From Raillietiella orientalis (taxonomy: Eukaryota): a stretch of DNA of 64,000 bases. Positions 50,645 to 60,924 of the stretch are shown one piece after another (position 1 is the first letter of the stretch; every line of letters begins with the position of its first letter). The stretch covers positions 744,001-808,000 of the forward strand of contig JAYWIR010000057.1 of the NCBI GenBank assembly GCA_036172245.1. The letters are read 5' to 3'. Under the pieces are notes generated by a model. It made no database searches. It was not told the DNA's origin and saw nothing but the letters and a program-made list of their open reading frames with translations. A program made the position numbers and the translations under genes.

Positions 50645-53600
50645 TATATAGGCTTTATTCATTTAGTAATACAAAGTTTCCTCTGTGAGAGGCATTGATA
50701 TTGTTAGTATGCTACCTGTAAGCATGCACTGAAATTGTCATGAAATAGCGGGAACCGCACTTAGGGTAATGAATGGAGTCTTTGTCGTATTTTCACTCTG
50801 ATGGGGCGCACCCAGGGATGGTTTCTGCCGTCGGGGTATCAGCGAGAAGGGTTGTGGCCTGGGGGCTTATGGGGATCGCGGAACTCACGTTCGTTTCATG
50901 CCTTTTGATATGCCGCGAATAAATGTCTCTGGAGTAGGGTTGAAGATCCTGGTCAGCAGGGAGCATTGCGGATCTGCCCGTTGCAGTGCATCATAGCATA
51001 TCCTGTCTTCACCTGGAGAAGTGTTTTCACAGGAGGCTAGGTTTTGTGCGACCTCTTCAGGGAGGAGAGGGGAGAGGTCCAGGGCGTCTGCAGGCGGGAG
51101 GGAAGGAGTAGTGGCAAGGAATTGCACATCGAAGCTCTTCACTGCGTGAATGTTTTGGAAGTGCTCACGAATTTCAGTTAAGGGCACCGTGCATCGCCCT
51201 TTGTTAATACCTAGAATTTCCCTAATCGCACGCCTACGATTCATCCTATACATGTTCTGTAGGCGCACGCGGCCGCTTCGTCTCGCTTGACTGTTATGCC
51301 TGGAGGGATTTTTGGCGGGATTAAGTGTACGGGTTCTTTGCACATGGATCCGCGAGCGGAATTCCTGCAAGACAAGCAGCGTCTTTTCCCAAGTATCGAG
51401 GTCAGGGGTAAGCTTTGCGATGTCTTCGAGTTCCCGTATTAAATCGAAGTTCGGGATAATCGTTCCTTCAGGTTCAAGAAAGCCTTTTGTCGTTGGGTGT
51501 AGTATCTGTACTTTCGACCTGCCTTTCGGGCGTCGCGACTCACGTTTTCCCTGATCGAGGTTTTCATGTCTCGCACCTAAGGCTCTTCCAACAGGGGCCC
51601 TATCGGGCTGAGGGGGCCCATCAGCCATGGGGGATAACAGCATGTCGGGGGAGTGGCCCGTGTTGGAATCCTCAACAAGTGGGGAAAAAGTATTTCTTGT
51701 GGGGATTGGGAGGGGGGAGGCATGATGACGTCGGTACGCTCTCCCGACTTTTTCATGCCATCTTAAATGGTTCTGAAGGCCCTTCTCATTGGGGAAGGAA
51801 AGGGAGCAATGCTGTAGGGAGCAGGGATACCGTGACGCTTCGGGAGGTGGCAGCCTAGGGGTTTTGCGCCTGCAACGATGCAGGTGCGTCGGTAAGCTCA
51901 CAGTGAGCTTACATTTCCTACAAACCAGTTCATGTCTCGGCACGTGCATTCGGTGCACGCGAGAGAGATGACGTTTGAGAGATTGTAGGGTACGGCTGGC
52001 ATATGCAGTCAATGACTGCCAGGGGCAACCTGTCACGCAGCATCGCATATGACGGGGCATAGGAAACATGATCCGCAATACATGTTCCTCCGTCAGCACA
52101 AGCTCAGGGCTTCTAGGTTCGAGAGATAGCGATAGCAGTGGGGAAATCGTAGCCTTTTTGGGAAGTCTGGACGTTGCAGGCATACTGGACGTTGGACCGT
52201 GCGCAGAGTAGCGAGGTTGCTCAATACTGTATCACGGTCGGGAGTAAGTCTGGCTCTTTTTGCGACTTCGCGTACATAGGATAGTGAAACGGGGGGTGAT
52301 GGTCGCGATGGCACATATATGCCAAGCTCCGAGATGCAGCCCGCTGAAAGCGCAGGCGAACATAGGAGCTCTGTCGTTCTGGAGGCGGGGAGAGTTCGAT
52401 TAGGGATTGAACTGCAATTGGATTGCTTCGGGGAGTTAGCAGTTCGAGTTTCGCCGCGCACAGCACATTTCAGTTCCTCGGGGACAGCTTGAACAGCTTC
52501 ACCCAGTGCTTCATGTACTTCTATTGCTCGCGCAAGTATAGCAAGGTCTGTCTGGGATGGGGATGCAATAGTAGGTACGGAGCCGTTCGATGTATTCGGA
52601 GAAGGCGGAAGTGACGAGAGGGTGGGATTGCTGGAGGCAAAATCCCCTTTCGCCGTAGGGCTGGCGTTCTCTTCAGCTGGGTGAGCATCTTCAGACGTCA
52701 GCCTCGAATGCACCGATTCGTCACCTCCGTCCGTGTAATCAGACGACAGATTGTTCTTATCCTTGTGGATGATGCGAATGTGCCTGTCCAAGAGTTCCAA
52801 TCGGGAGAAGCTGTTTGGGCACACGCGGCACTTGTGTTCTAGCACATGGATTGCGGGGGGCAAGCATGTAGCCCTTTCCTTGCATACATGTACCATTGGC
52901 GAGGGGTTAGGGATAACAGAGTGGCAAGCGGAGCAGAGAACAACGACTTCAGTTACATTAATGCCATGGGTACGGCCGATATGTCTTTTGATACTACGGA
53001 GGCGATCTGATTGTGTCGGGGCGACCGAGCATCCTTGGCATCCATTAATCGGGCATATAAGAGGCCGAGGGGTAAGGGGACAGCACCAAAGGCGAGTTTC
53101 GGAATCCAAGAAACAGGCAGTGGTGGAAGTCGAGCAAGCCATGGAGAAGGAGTTTTCTTTCAGAGTAAAACCAACAAATAGTTATCGGAGTAAATAGGGG
53201 GAAAAAGGGTTAACCCGAGAGTTAATTGGGGGCTAATTTGGGGAAAAGGGAACAGTAAGGCTGAAGACCGGGAAGCGAGCGGCGCAAAAGGGGTCATGTA
53301 CAGTTATTGCCACAGGGACGTACGCGTGTATCAGGATTCGCATGGGAGAAGACGAGTTCGCTTAAATCTCCACCATAGCACATGTACCGATTGGTTTGCA
53401 TTCCAAAGGATGTGTACACTCACCTTGATACACTAAAGCTCTTCTAGTAATACTATTCACGAGCAGTAGTGACCAGGCGTCTTGAACAGCATTCATTAAA
53501 GGAGCAATAACAGTTGGGGAGGGATTAGGGACACAGATAGTGTAACCGGATACCCTTCGGCCATCACGTCCAGGACATCTGGGATCGTAGTCCGGGGTCA

Positions 53601-53822
53601 TAGTCCAGAGACAATCACTCACAAAACACAACTTTACATGATTTTCGCAAAAAATATTTATTTCAATATCACAATATAAAACATAAGAACATCGAGAAAA
53701 GCTAAATACACACAATTCACTAATCCACACTCATCAAAAGCGACAAAAGGGTAGCAGGCAATTAGCCCTTTCCCCTTGAATCAACGCGAGAGCTACGTCG
53801 AGGCACGTCCGTCCTACTCGAG
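50645..53822 (-). mobile_element. Utopia-type (NeSL/R2-group, U2-targeting) non-LTR retrotransposon, internally deleted
   Basis: Begins exactly after U2 GTGTAGT. ORFs 52093-53142 and 50885-52183 carry multiple zinc fingers and the pre-RT motifs RLQNMYRMNRRRAIREILG and NTSPGEDRICY. The sequence then jumps near 50940 to a C-terminal YSRDIYSRHI motif, a 3' UTR and AATAAA (50654-50659). Confidence 0.88.
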
Positions 53823-53860
53823 ACTACACTTTGATCTTAGCCAAAAGGCCGAGAAGCGAT
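53823..53860 (-). ncRNA. U2: 5' 38 nt of a U2 snRNA gene, interrupted or truncated
   Basis: Reverse complement reads ATCGCTTCTCGGCCTTTTGGCTAAGATCAAAGTGTAGT, the conserved U2 5' end including the branch-point recognition GTAGT. The expected continuation ATCTGTTCTT is replaced by retrotransposon sequence. Confidence 0.95.
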
Positions 53861-53970
53861 TGATACCTAGCCATGATACTTTCCCCAGGAACAGCTAAGT
53901 ATGGAAAGGAATATAAGTTAGGACTTTGCTCCCCTTGGGCCTACATTAAGGCTCATAACTTTTGCAGCAG

Positions 53971-54916
53971 TCAGTTCTTCTTGGAAAGAGATTTACTGGA
54001 TATGTTATTGATAATCCGTCTGTCCGTTGACATTTTGTTGTAGTCTGGTTCCCAATTATCGAAAACCAGTATGTGTGGTGGCTGAAAGTATTTAATGGAA
54101 CCTTGAGACTTGCCGTCGATGATGATACCGTTCTTTAGGCTTTCTATGAATCCATACTGCACATGTTCCTGGTTGTCCCGGGTGAAGTCAGTGACGAGAA
54201 TTCTCCGTTGTAGATATACCGCATCGGCCTTCCTGCAGGAAGGCATGTAGATGGCCTTTTTTTTAAGGAAGAGAAATTTGGCCATCCTTCTCTTCTCGGC
54301 GTTACCAACTGGGTCGTAAAACCAATATATTTTTCTCTCGTGAGGTTGATGTATAATGTCTAAGATTTTAAGTTGCCATTCTTTGAGCTGAAGATTAGCG
54401 AGTGGGTTGGGATGTGTTCTGCTGCGGGATAATCGGAAACATTCTTTTGTAAAGTTGATGTTCTTTGCGTAAAACTTCGTATGGTGCTTGAGAATGAACT
54501 GTTCGCCTGCGCCATTTTCGATGAGTTGTAGGATCTGAAAAGAAAATGACCTTGAAATAGTCAACTACGCAGTTTGCTTACTTCTTCTTCATAAGTTTTT
54601 GCTTCTGCATCTTCGTTCAGATCTCCGTAAACCCATGCTTCTTTGTCCTGCTTGGTGCAGTACTTCAAGTTGCTCTGAGGTGAACCTTTTGCCTTTTCCA
54701 GGTGACACTTGTGAAAAGGCTTTCGGTGCAAACCAGGCATTCTCCTCGGTTCCTTCAATTTAAAGTAGCCCTGTAGTGCGGTGTACCGGTATCTGCCGTT
54801 TCTCTGCCAATACAGGCAAAGTGGCAGTTGCATCTGCACATTGTTTGATAGCTCTGAAGTTTTCGGAGTAGTTATACAATGTAAGGCACCAATTGAAAAA
54901 AAAATGCATGAGGCAT
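53971..54916 (-). pseudogene. rep: Endogenous CRESS-DNA virus Rep, copy 2, frameshifted
   Basis: Motif I WCLTLYN, motif II LQGY, then HLEKAKGS and motif III YCTK. Helicase part IYWFYDPVGN, LVTDFTRD, YGFIESLKNG, PPHILVFDNWEPDYNKMSTDR. Clearly homologous to copy 1. Confidence 0.92.
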
Positions 54917-54963
54917 GTTGGTAATTCACTAATGGTGTGACTGTGGATCGGATGTTTGGTGGT

Positions 54964-55089
54964 TTATATACTAACACAGACCCAAATTATGAAAAGATGT
55001 CTTCAGACAGATGGATTGTGCATTTCATTAATGAATCAAAAAGAACAAGCAAATATCCAATAAGTAGTATGTGTTCTTCAGGACGTTAA
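54964..55089 (+). pseudogene. rep: C-terminal fragment of a third CRESS Rep, in opposite orientation
   Basis: Plus frame reads LYTNTDPNYEKMSSDRWIVHFINESK...GR-stop. It aligns to the motif C / arginine-finger end of Rep copies 1 and 2 (FDNWEPDYNKMSTDR). Too short for the ORF track. Confidence 0.8.
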
Positions 55090-55475
55090 TATCTTATATC
55101 CCTAAGTCCTTTGAATTGCCAATACAATTTTCTCCAAATTCTAAAAATTGGAGCATTTTTTTGAATAACATTATTTTCCAGGATATCATTCTGTTGAGCC
55201 CATTCAGCTGGAAACTTGAATCCCACTACATGCTTCGCTATTATAGAATGACCAATCAACACATAAGAGCTCATTTCAGTTTGCTTTTCAGTACTAAACC
55301 AAGGACATTTAGGTCGATAATATATCACAGAATCACCCTTAGATGTCACCACAGACTGCTTCTCAACACAACTTCTACAATACACAGACACATCTCTTTC
55401 TTTAAATTTATAAAAAAAGGAAGTCCTTTTGCTCTGATGCCAAGCTAAATTCTTCATGCATTCACTATACTTCAT
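55086..55475 (-). CDS. 129-aa open frame resembling the fusion domain of a rhabdovirus-type (class III) glycoprotein; fragment
   Basis: The spacing of C, C, P-x-C-x-W, H and W residues (SECMKNLAW...YC...YRPKCPWFST...GHSI...RIW) parallels VSV-type G as I recall it (TTCDFRWY...QC...PPQSCGY...PHHV...TTW). No signal peptide or TM segment. Alignment by eye only. Confidence 0.45.
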   Translation of the reverse strand: MKYSECMKNLAWHQSKRTSFFYKFKERDVSVYCRSCVEKQSVVTSKGDSVIYYRPKCPWFSTEKQTEMSSYVLIGHSIIAKHVVGFKFPAEWAQQNDILENNVIQKNAPIFRIWRKLYWQFKGLRDIRY

Positions 55476-55506
55476 ATCAACAAATTTAACTGCGTAGTTA
55501 GGCTGA

Positions 55507-55538
55507 GCGCAATCTGGTCAGTGTTACCCAGATTGCGC
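55507..55538 (+). promoter_or_regulatory. Rolling-circle replication origin stem-loop of CRESS type
   Basis: Perfect 11-bp stem GCGCAATCTGG / CCAGATTGCGC around a 10-nt loop TCAGTGTTAC, which contains the NAGTRTTAC-type nonanucleotide CAGTGTTAC. Flanking inverted repeat TAACTGCG (55487-55494) / CGCAGTTA (55536-55543). Lies about 420 nt from Rep sequence. Confidence 0.8.
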
Positions 55539-55559
55539 AGTTATCTGACCCTCTATTCA

Positions 55560-56810
55560 TCTCGTCCTGCATCACATCTTGGAGTGACCAAGGTTGAAAT
55601 TGACGCAGGGAGAGAAGATCTTCGGGACTGATTCCCTAAAATGCAGCCGAAGACTCAACAGATTCTAGCCGCCAATCATTAAAATTTAATGGGCGGCAGG
55701 AAATCCACGAATTGGCTTCCATCATTGAGGCTAGTTGCCTCAAAGGATGGGCAAAATCGTTTTGTGGCGCATGCCCGGCACCAAGGAAAGAAGTCCGTCA
55801 TTGCCGAGACCTCCATAGAAGGATGCGCGAAGGCACATAGAGCAGCGAAGTCGAAAGCTTGGAACAGTGTCAGCATCCTGAACTGCACTTGCATTCTGAT
55901 CCGCGCCATCGTCAGGATTCCAGAGGTGGCATCCCGAGGTTGAGCCATCAGGTCTTTCAGGCGGATCCTAGGCGTTTAGCCCGTTCTTTGGCGGCGTAGG
56001 GGGAGTACAAAAGAAAAAACAGGGTTCAGAGGACGGGGGCCACGAAGATGTTACAAATAGCCGCATGTTCCGGCAAGATAAACTAGCCATTAATTAAGGG
56101 GCTAGAGGCCAGCACTGCCTTATGAAGGCAGTCCGACCACGCCTCTTCGGCGCCGAAGTCGCCCAGTGGAACGCCAAGATAAGTTGGCGGCTTTTTTCCC
56201 GCTTTTACCGGCGAGCCGACGGTAAGCAGCACTGCTGGCTGGAGATCACGGTCGCCACCGTCCTCCATGGTGCTGCACGAATTCGAGTGCTCGTCTCCGG
56301 GTAGCGTCGTTTGACGCCCCGGGGTGAGCTTTCGCACCTTCGCGGTCTGCGCTGCGCGCCTCAGGGCCTTAGCCCGGCGCGCTACGGCTACCGCGCTGGT
56401 GATCCGACGTGCGGCGATCTCAGACTCCGTTTCAGAGTGTGATTGAAGCGCGGGAGCTTCGCTTCTCACCTATCGTGTCGATTCGGAGGTGCTCGCGGAT
56501 GGAATCCCGACACTTCCTTTTTCGCGATCACCGGAACATCGTTCCTGACGATCGCAGCTTTCGCGCTATGCGCAACTGCGGTGGTAGCCTTGGCATCGGC
56601 ATAGGGAACCTTCGCGCGAGTCTTCATCGCGCTACTGTTTCTTACATTGGAGAGGCTCTTGCAGTTAGGTTGCGGAGAATTTTTGGGAGATTTTGTTTTT
56701 CTCCCTTTCTACACAACCTTCCACCCTCCGTCCGTTCCCTCGGAGCGCTCCTCGACTTTCGTGAGCAACGCTACCGGGCTTTCCTCCCCAACCGCCTGGG
56801 GAAAAAAATA
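55560..56810 (-). mobile_element. Decayed, internally deleted copy of the same LINE family
   Basis: TYLGVPLGDF..WSDCLHKA and RDATSGILTMARIRMQVQFRMLTL match copies A and B. The upstream GC-rich part looks like 5'/ORF1 sequence. Confidence 0.75.
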
Positions 56811-56981
56811 AGCAGCCACGCCATCGCAAACAATAACTCAAGTTTTGTCGACTGCTTCAGGTTAATTGTGTGCAGCATAATAAATTACACACAGAACGTC
56901 AAACACATTTTATTGACTTACTCATATTATGTCAGGTCACAAATTTGAAATAATAACAGCATAAAGAGATCAATAGTTCCA

Positions 56982-58020
56982 TTACCGCATGGGTTCAGCT
57001 GCAGGCAGTATTTTTTCATGTTGCCTTAGCCTGACCGCCCTTGGAAATCTATGCTCAAAGTTACGTATGGCTTCGTGCAACTTGGTCCTGATGTCTGCTA
57101 CACGGTCAGTACCCAGTTGTGGCGTAATCATTTCAATGGGTCTGAACGACAACTCCTTCGGAAATTTCGTGCAGAAGGCTTCCCATTCAGGCGAGAAATC
57201 CTCCTTTGACTCAACAGCCTGTTGCGACATATGGAGCGATCAACAGAGTGTGGACTTAGGGTGTATATTAAGCATGAATGACCCAAGCCTTACCAACGTA
57301 GCATCTGCATCGTAGTCGTTGAAGTTGGTGCGGGCTTGACCGATGAGATATCTAGCTCCTATATGATAATACTTAGCGTTTGGCATAGTACTCGCATAGC
57401 ACACGCCCATGAACACCATATTCTCAGGACAGTTTGCAGCTTGCGCCCAATTGACCAGACGTTTGAATGCCTGGTACGCCACTGCATGCCGATGAGTTCC
57501 AGCAGGTGGGGACAGGAATCGAAGCAGAGCATCCTGGGATATAGTCACGGGTTTAAATGAGGGTCCTTGGACTGTGAAAGGCACTGATTCAATCATATGG
57601 GCAAATCCTGCCAGCTCCAGCACACGAAGAGTACTGCAAAAGTGACCTAATGTATGGGCCACATCCATCCCCTTCTTTTAAGATCTTTATCTTGCAAACA
57701 AAGAGCGCCAGACTTTTAGAGGATACCCTGCACCTCTAGTGTTATCTTCCCGGATACCGGTGTGATGATTAGTCAGCGACCATGACACTTTTGTAGCTAT
57801 AACTAGGACCATGCAATTCGTCGCTAGTTGCTGATTCAGGGCAGCTTGGCTGGCTGTTCGTTGGGCTGGTGTCAAATCATGCCGTTGAGGAGTTGGTCGC
57901 CAGTCTCCATCCGGTATTAATACACCATTAATGGACCTATACCGAATCATATCATAGGTTAGCAGAGCATATATGCCGTTGATCATCAGCGTCAATTGCG
58001 CATCTTTGTATTGCTTGGTG
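56982..58020 (-). pseudogene. Endogenous negative-strand RNA virus nucleoprotein-like gene, copy 2 (qinvirus-like), 5'-truncated at a LINE 3' end
   Basis: Three consecutive ORFs (57687-58031, 57240-57668, 56982-57230) contain KDAQLTLMINGIYALLTYDMIRY, ATKVSWSLTNHHTG, AHTLGHFCSTLRVL, LRFLSPPAGTHRHAV and YHIGARYL. Confidence 0.68.
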
Positions 58021-58021
58021 C

Positions 58022-60922
58022 TGTTTATCACCCGGGTGCGCCGGGGCGTTTATTACAAAACTATCCGGGAACAGAGTTCCCGAACAAGGAATACAGAAAA
58101 GACGAAGGAGGGGGGTCCCCGACACGCAGGTCGGTATACAGAAAGTCCGGAACTGGAGGGAGGGAACCACAAATACACAGATAAAAAACAGAAATAAAGA
58201 TATGGGGAAGGTAGGGACAGGGTACTTTGGTACGGCCGTTCCTTCCTTTCAGAACCGCCGATGGATGCCGGCGATCTCTCTCCTCACGCCCTCTGGTAGA
58301 TGGGCCCACTCGGCAGCCGACGACATGCTCGCGCTGGCTAATCCGGTGGGCTGACGAAGAATGGCAAGCTTCTCCAACTCTCGGTGGGCCTTGTCGATGG
58401 CGTGGGTGCAACAGACCGTTGCGATGACAGCACCTAACGACAGGCCGCCTGGCATGAAGAAGCGGCTCATCAAGTCTCTCGCGGTGTCCCCCTGGTGCAG
58501 GAGAGCGGAGGACAGCCTCCGCCACAGTCCTAGGAGGGCACCGCAGTCCAGGATCAGGTGCGGGAACGTTTCCACTTCCCCGCACTGCTTACAGTTTGGG
58601 GAGACAACTCCCCCGGAGACACGGTTCGTCCGCTGGCTGGAGTGAAAACCCCAATGCACCAGCATGATGACGTCATGCTTCCATGAAAGGGGTAACAGAA
58701 GTGTTCAAACAGGAGGGAGGGACCACAAGTTCTTCGGGGGCACACTCAAGTGTTCACTCCACCGAAGGAGTCCCTTCGGGATGTGGCCAGGCGTGGCGGA
58801 GTCTGCTAGCTCGCAAGTCCTCCAGCCGCCAATGTGTCGTGTTGTTCCTGCGATAGTGCGGGCGACCTCCCATCTCGCCGGTTCGCAGCTGTCATCTCTT
58901 GCCCTGAGGGCTGACAGCATGTCGGCGAGGGGCGTGACGGCCAGGCGAGTCCACTTCTGGCTGTTGCACACCTCATCCACCGTGCAGTACGGGGAGAGGT
59001 GAACCTAACGGAGTTCCAGGAGGGAAACATCTTGGTGCTTTGCCCAGCCATGCAACGGTTCCTGCCACCAAACTTCAAAGTTCGTTGGGCGACAGGGAAT
59101 CCATTCCTGGGCTGCCGGGAGCCGGTAGAGGGTTTTCAACGGGAAACCGTCGCTCCTCGTGGCGCGCTCCGTATGCGGCCGCAGCGACAGAAGTTCATCG
59201 CTGCCGGTGCAGCGCCGCAGGAGCAGACGCGCAGGAGCGAACCACGGGGTGGACCAAAGGTTGGCGCACAGGGTCAACATCCGAAACTGCACCTGCAGCT
59301 CCATTCTCTCCAGCGTCAGGATACCTAAGTTTGCATCCCGACGCGGAGCCGCGAAGTCTTTGAGGCGGATCCTGGACCTCGCAGGTCCCCACAGAGCGTT
59401 CCTCAACAGGCTGTGCGCCTGGAGCTTGGCCGAGTAGGGGGCCGGGCAAACAAAAAGCAGGGGTCGCAAGAGGGGGGCAACGAAGGTGTTAAATATCGCG
59501 GCCCGCTCCGACAGGAGGAACCTGCTATCGTGAAACGGGCTCAGAGCACTCGTAGCCTTCCGAAGGCAGTCCGACCACTTCCACTGAGCTGATGTTCTCC
59601 AGCAGAACGCCCAGATACTGGATGCAGGAAGCGGTCCGGATCCCCAGGCGGATCCAGTCGGACTGCCCCTCTCACGCCGCACCAATACGAACGACCACGC
59701 TCTTGCTCCGGTTTACGCTCATACCCGCTCCCCTGCGAATCAGCTCGAAGAAATTATCGAGACTGGACGCCGGGGTGGTCATGGGTAAAAGGAGAAGCAG
59801 GTCGTCGGCATAGACCGCCACGGCCGGAGTTCCCGGACAGGAGCTCGGCAGGTTGGCCAGAGTCAGCCTGTACGCCCTCAGCACCAACTCAAAGAAGATG
59901 CTGAAGAGCAGGGCGCTTAAGCTGTCTCCCTGCCTGATACCCCGCCCTATGGGAACGCCGTACACGTGGCGCCCGCTGAAAGAGATATAGCATAGCGCGT
60001 GGCGCCTGCAGGAGCGCAAGTAGGCGATGAGGTGCGTCGGGTGACCTAGGCGTTCCAGAATCTCCAGAAGGAGATCCTGGTTTACGCTGTCGAGCACTTT
60101 GCAGAGATCGACGGCGACCGTTAAGGCACCCGGCGTTCCATCGTGCCCTGAACACCGCCGCTTACCTTTGGCAGTGGCGATTTCGGCTGCCTGGCTCTGC
60201 TGCGCCACGCGCTGCTGCAACTCGAACCATGTTCGCGCGAGGAAGAGATTCGCGTCCATGCACCGCCCCGTCTGCTCCGGACTTACCAAGGACTCCGCGA
60301 TTCTCCCCAGCCGCGCGACCCATAGCTTCGAGAAGAACTTGACGTCCGAAGTCACTAAGGTGATCGGACGCCAGTTGCTGAGGTGGCGGAAATCCCAGCC
60401 TTTCGGCAGGAGCCGCACCTTTGCTTAGCGGAAAGAAGCGGCAACATATCCCGTCTCCCGCATCAGCGAGGAAAGACTCAGCACCAGGGGGACGAGCTCC
60501 GACGCGAAGCACTGAAAGAACTCCGCGGGCAGGCCATACGTGCACAGCTGGCCAACGAGATGTGCGCTGCCATGAACGCGCGCAACTTGTTGGCCGGTGA
60601 CGCCGGGAAAAATACGAGGATCGACCACATGTTCCTCGACAACCACCTGTGTTCGTGGGTGGGAAATCGAGGCGCAGTGCCATTCGAACTTGCCGACCAT
60701 CCCCGGCTTGTGCTAGAGATACACCCGCGCGGTAGAGGTACACCCTCCACAGCGTGTCGTTTGCCAGGGGACTGGTTGCGCCTCGCAAGAGCAGCGCAAC
60801 ATCTTCGCTCGTTCCTGCAAGGCTTCCATCTGCAGTTGCTCGCGGACTGGGACGACTTCAAGAGCTCAGTCCGCGAGTTCTGCGACCAGTTTCCCCTAAA
60901 CCGTCTCCCTCCAGGTTTCGGT
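58022..60922 (-). mobile_element. L1/Tx1-like LINE, copy B, with an inverted 5' segment (about 60540-60922) encoding the end of the APE domain
   Basis: Minus-strand RT: NWRPITLV, GIRQGDSLSALLF, VYADDL, CKQCGEVETFPHLILDC. Plus-strand TRIDHMFLD...ADH is the AP-endonuclease C-terminus. Confidence 0.9.
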
Positions 60923-60924
60923 GT

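Noticed and set aside
53740..53822. HDV-like ribozyme at the Utopia 5' end
   Set aside because: ACGT-GCCTCG-ACGT and GCTAAT are suggestive, but I could not build the P1/P2 double pseudoknot by eye. An RNArobo or Infernal search would be needed.
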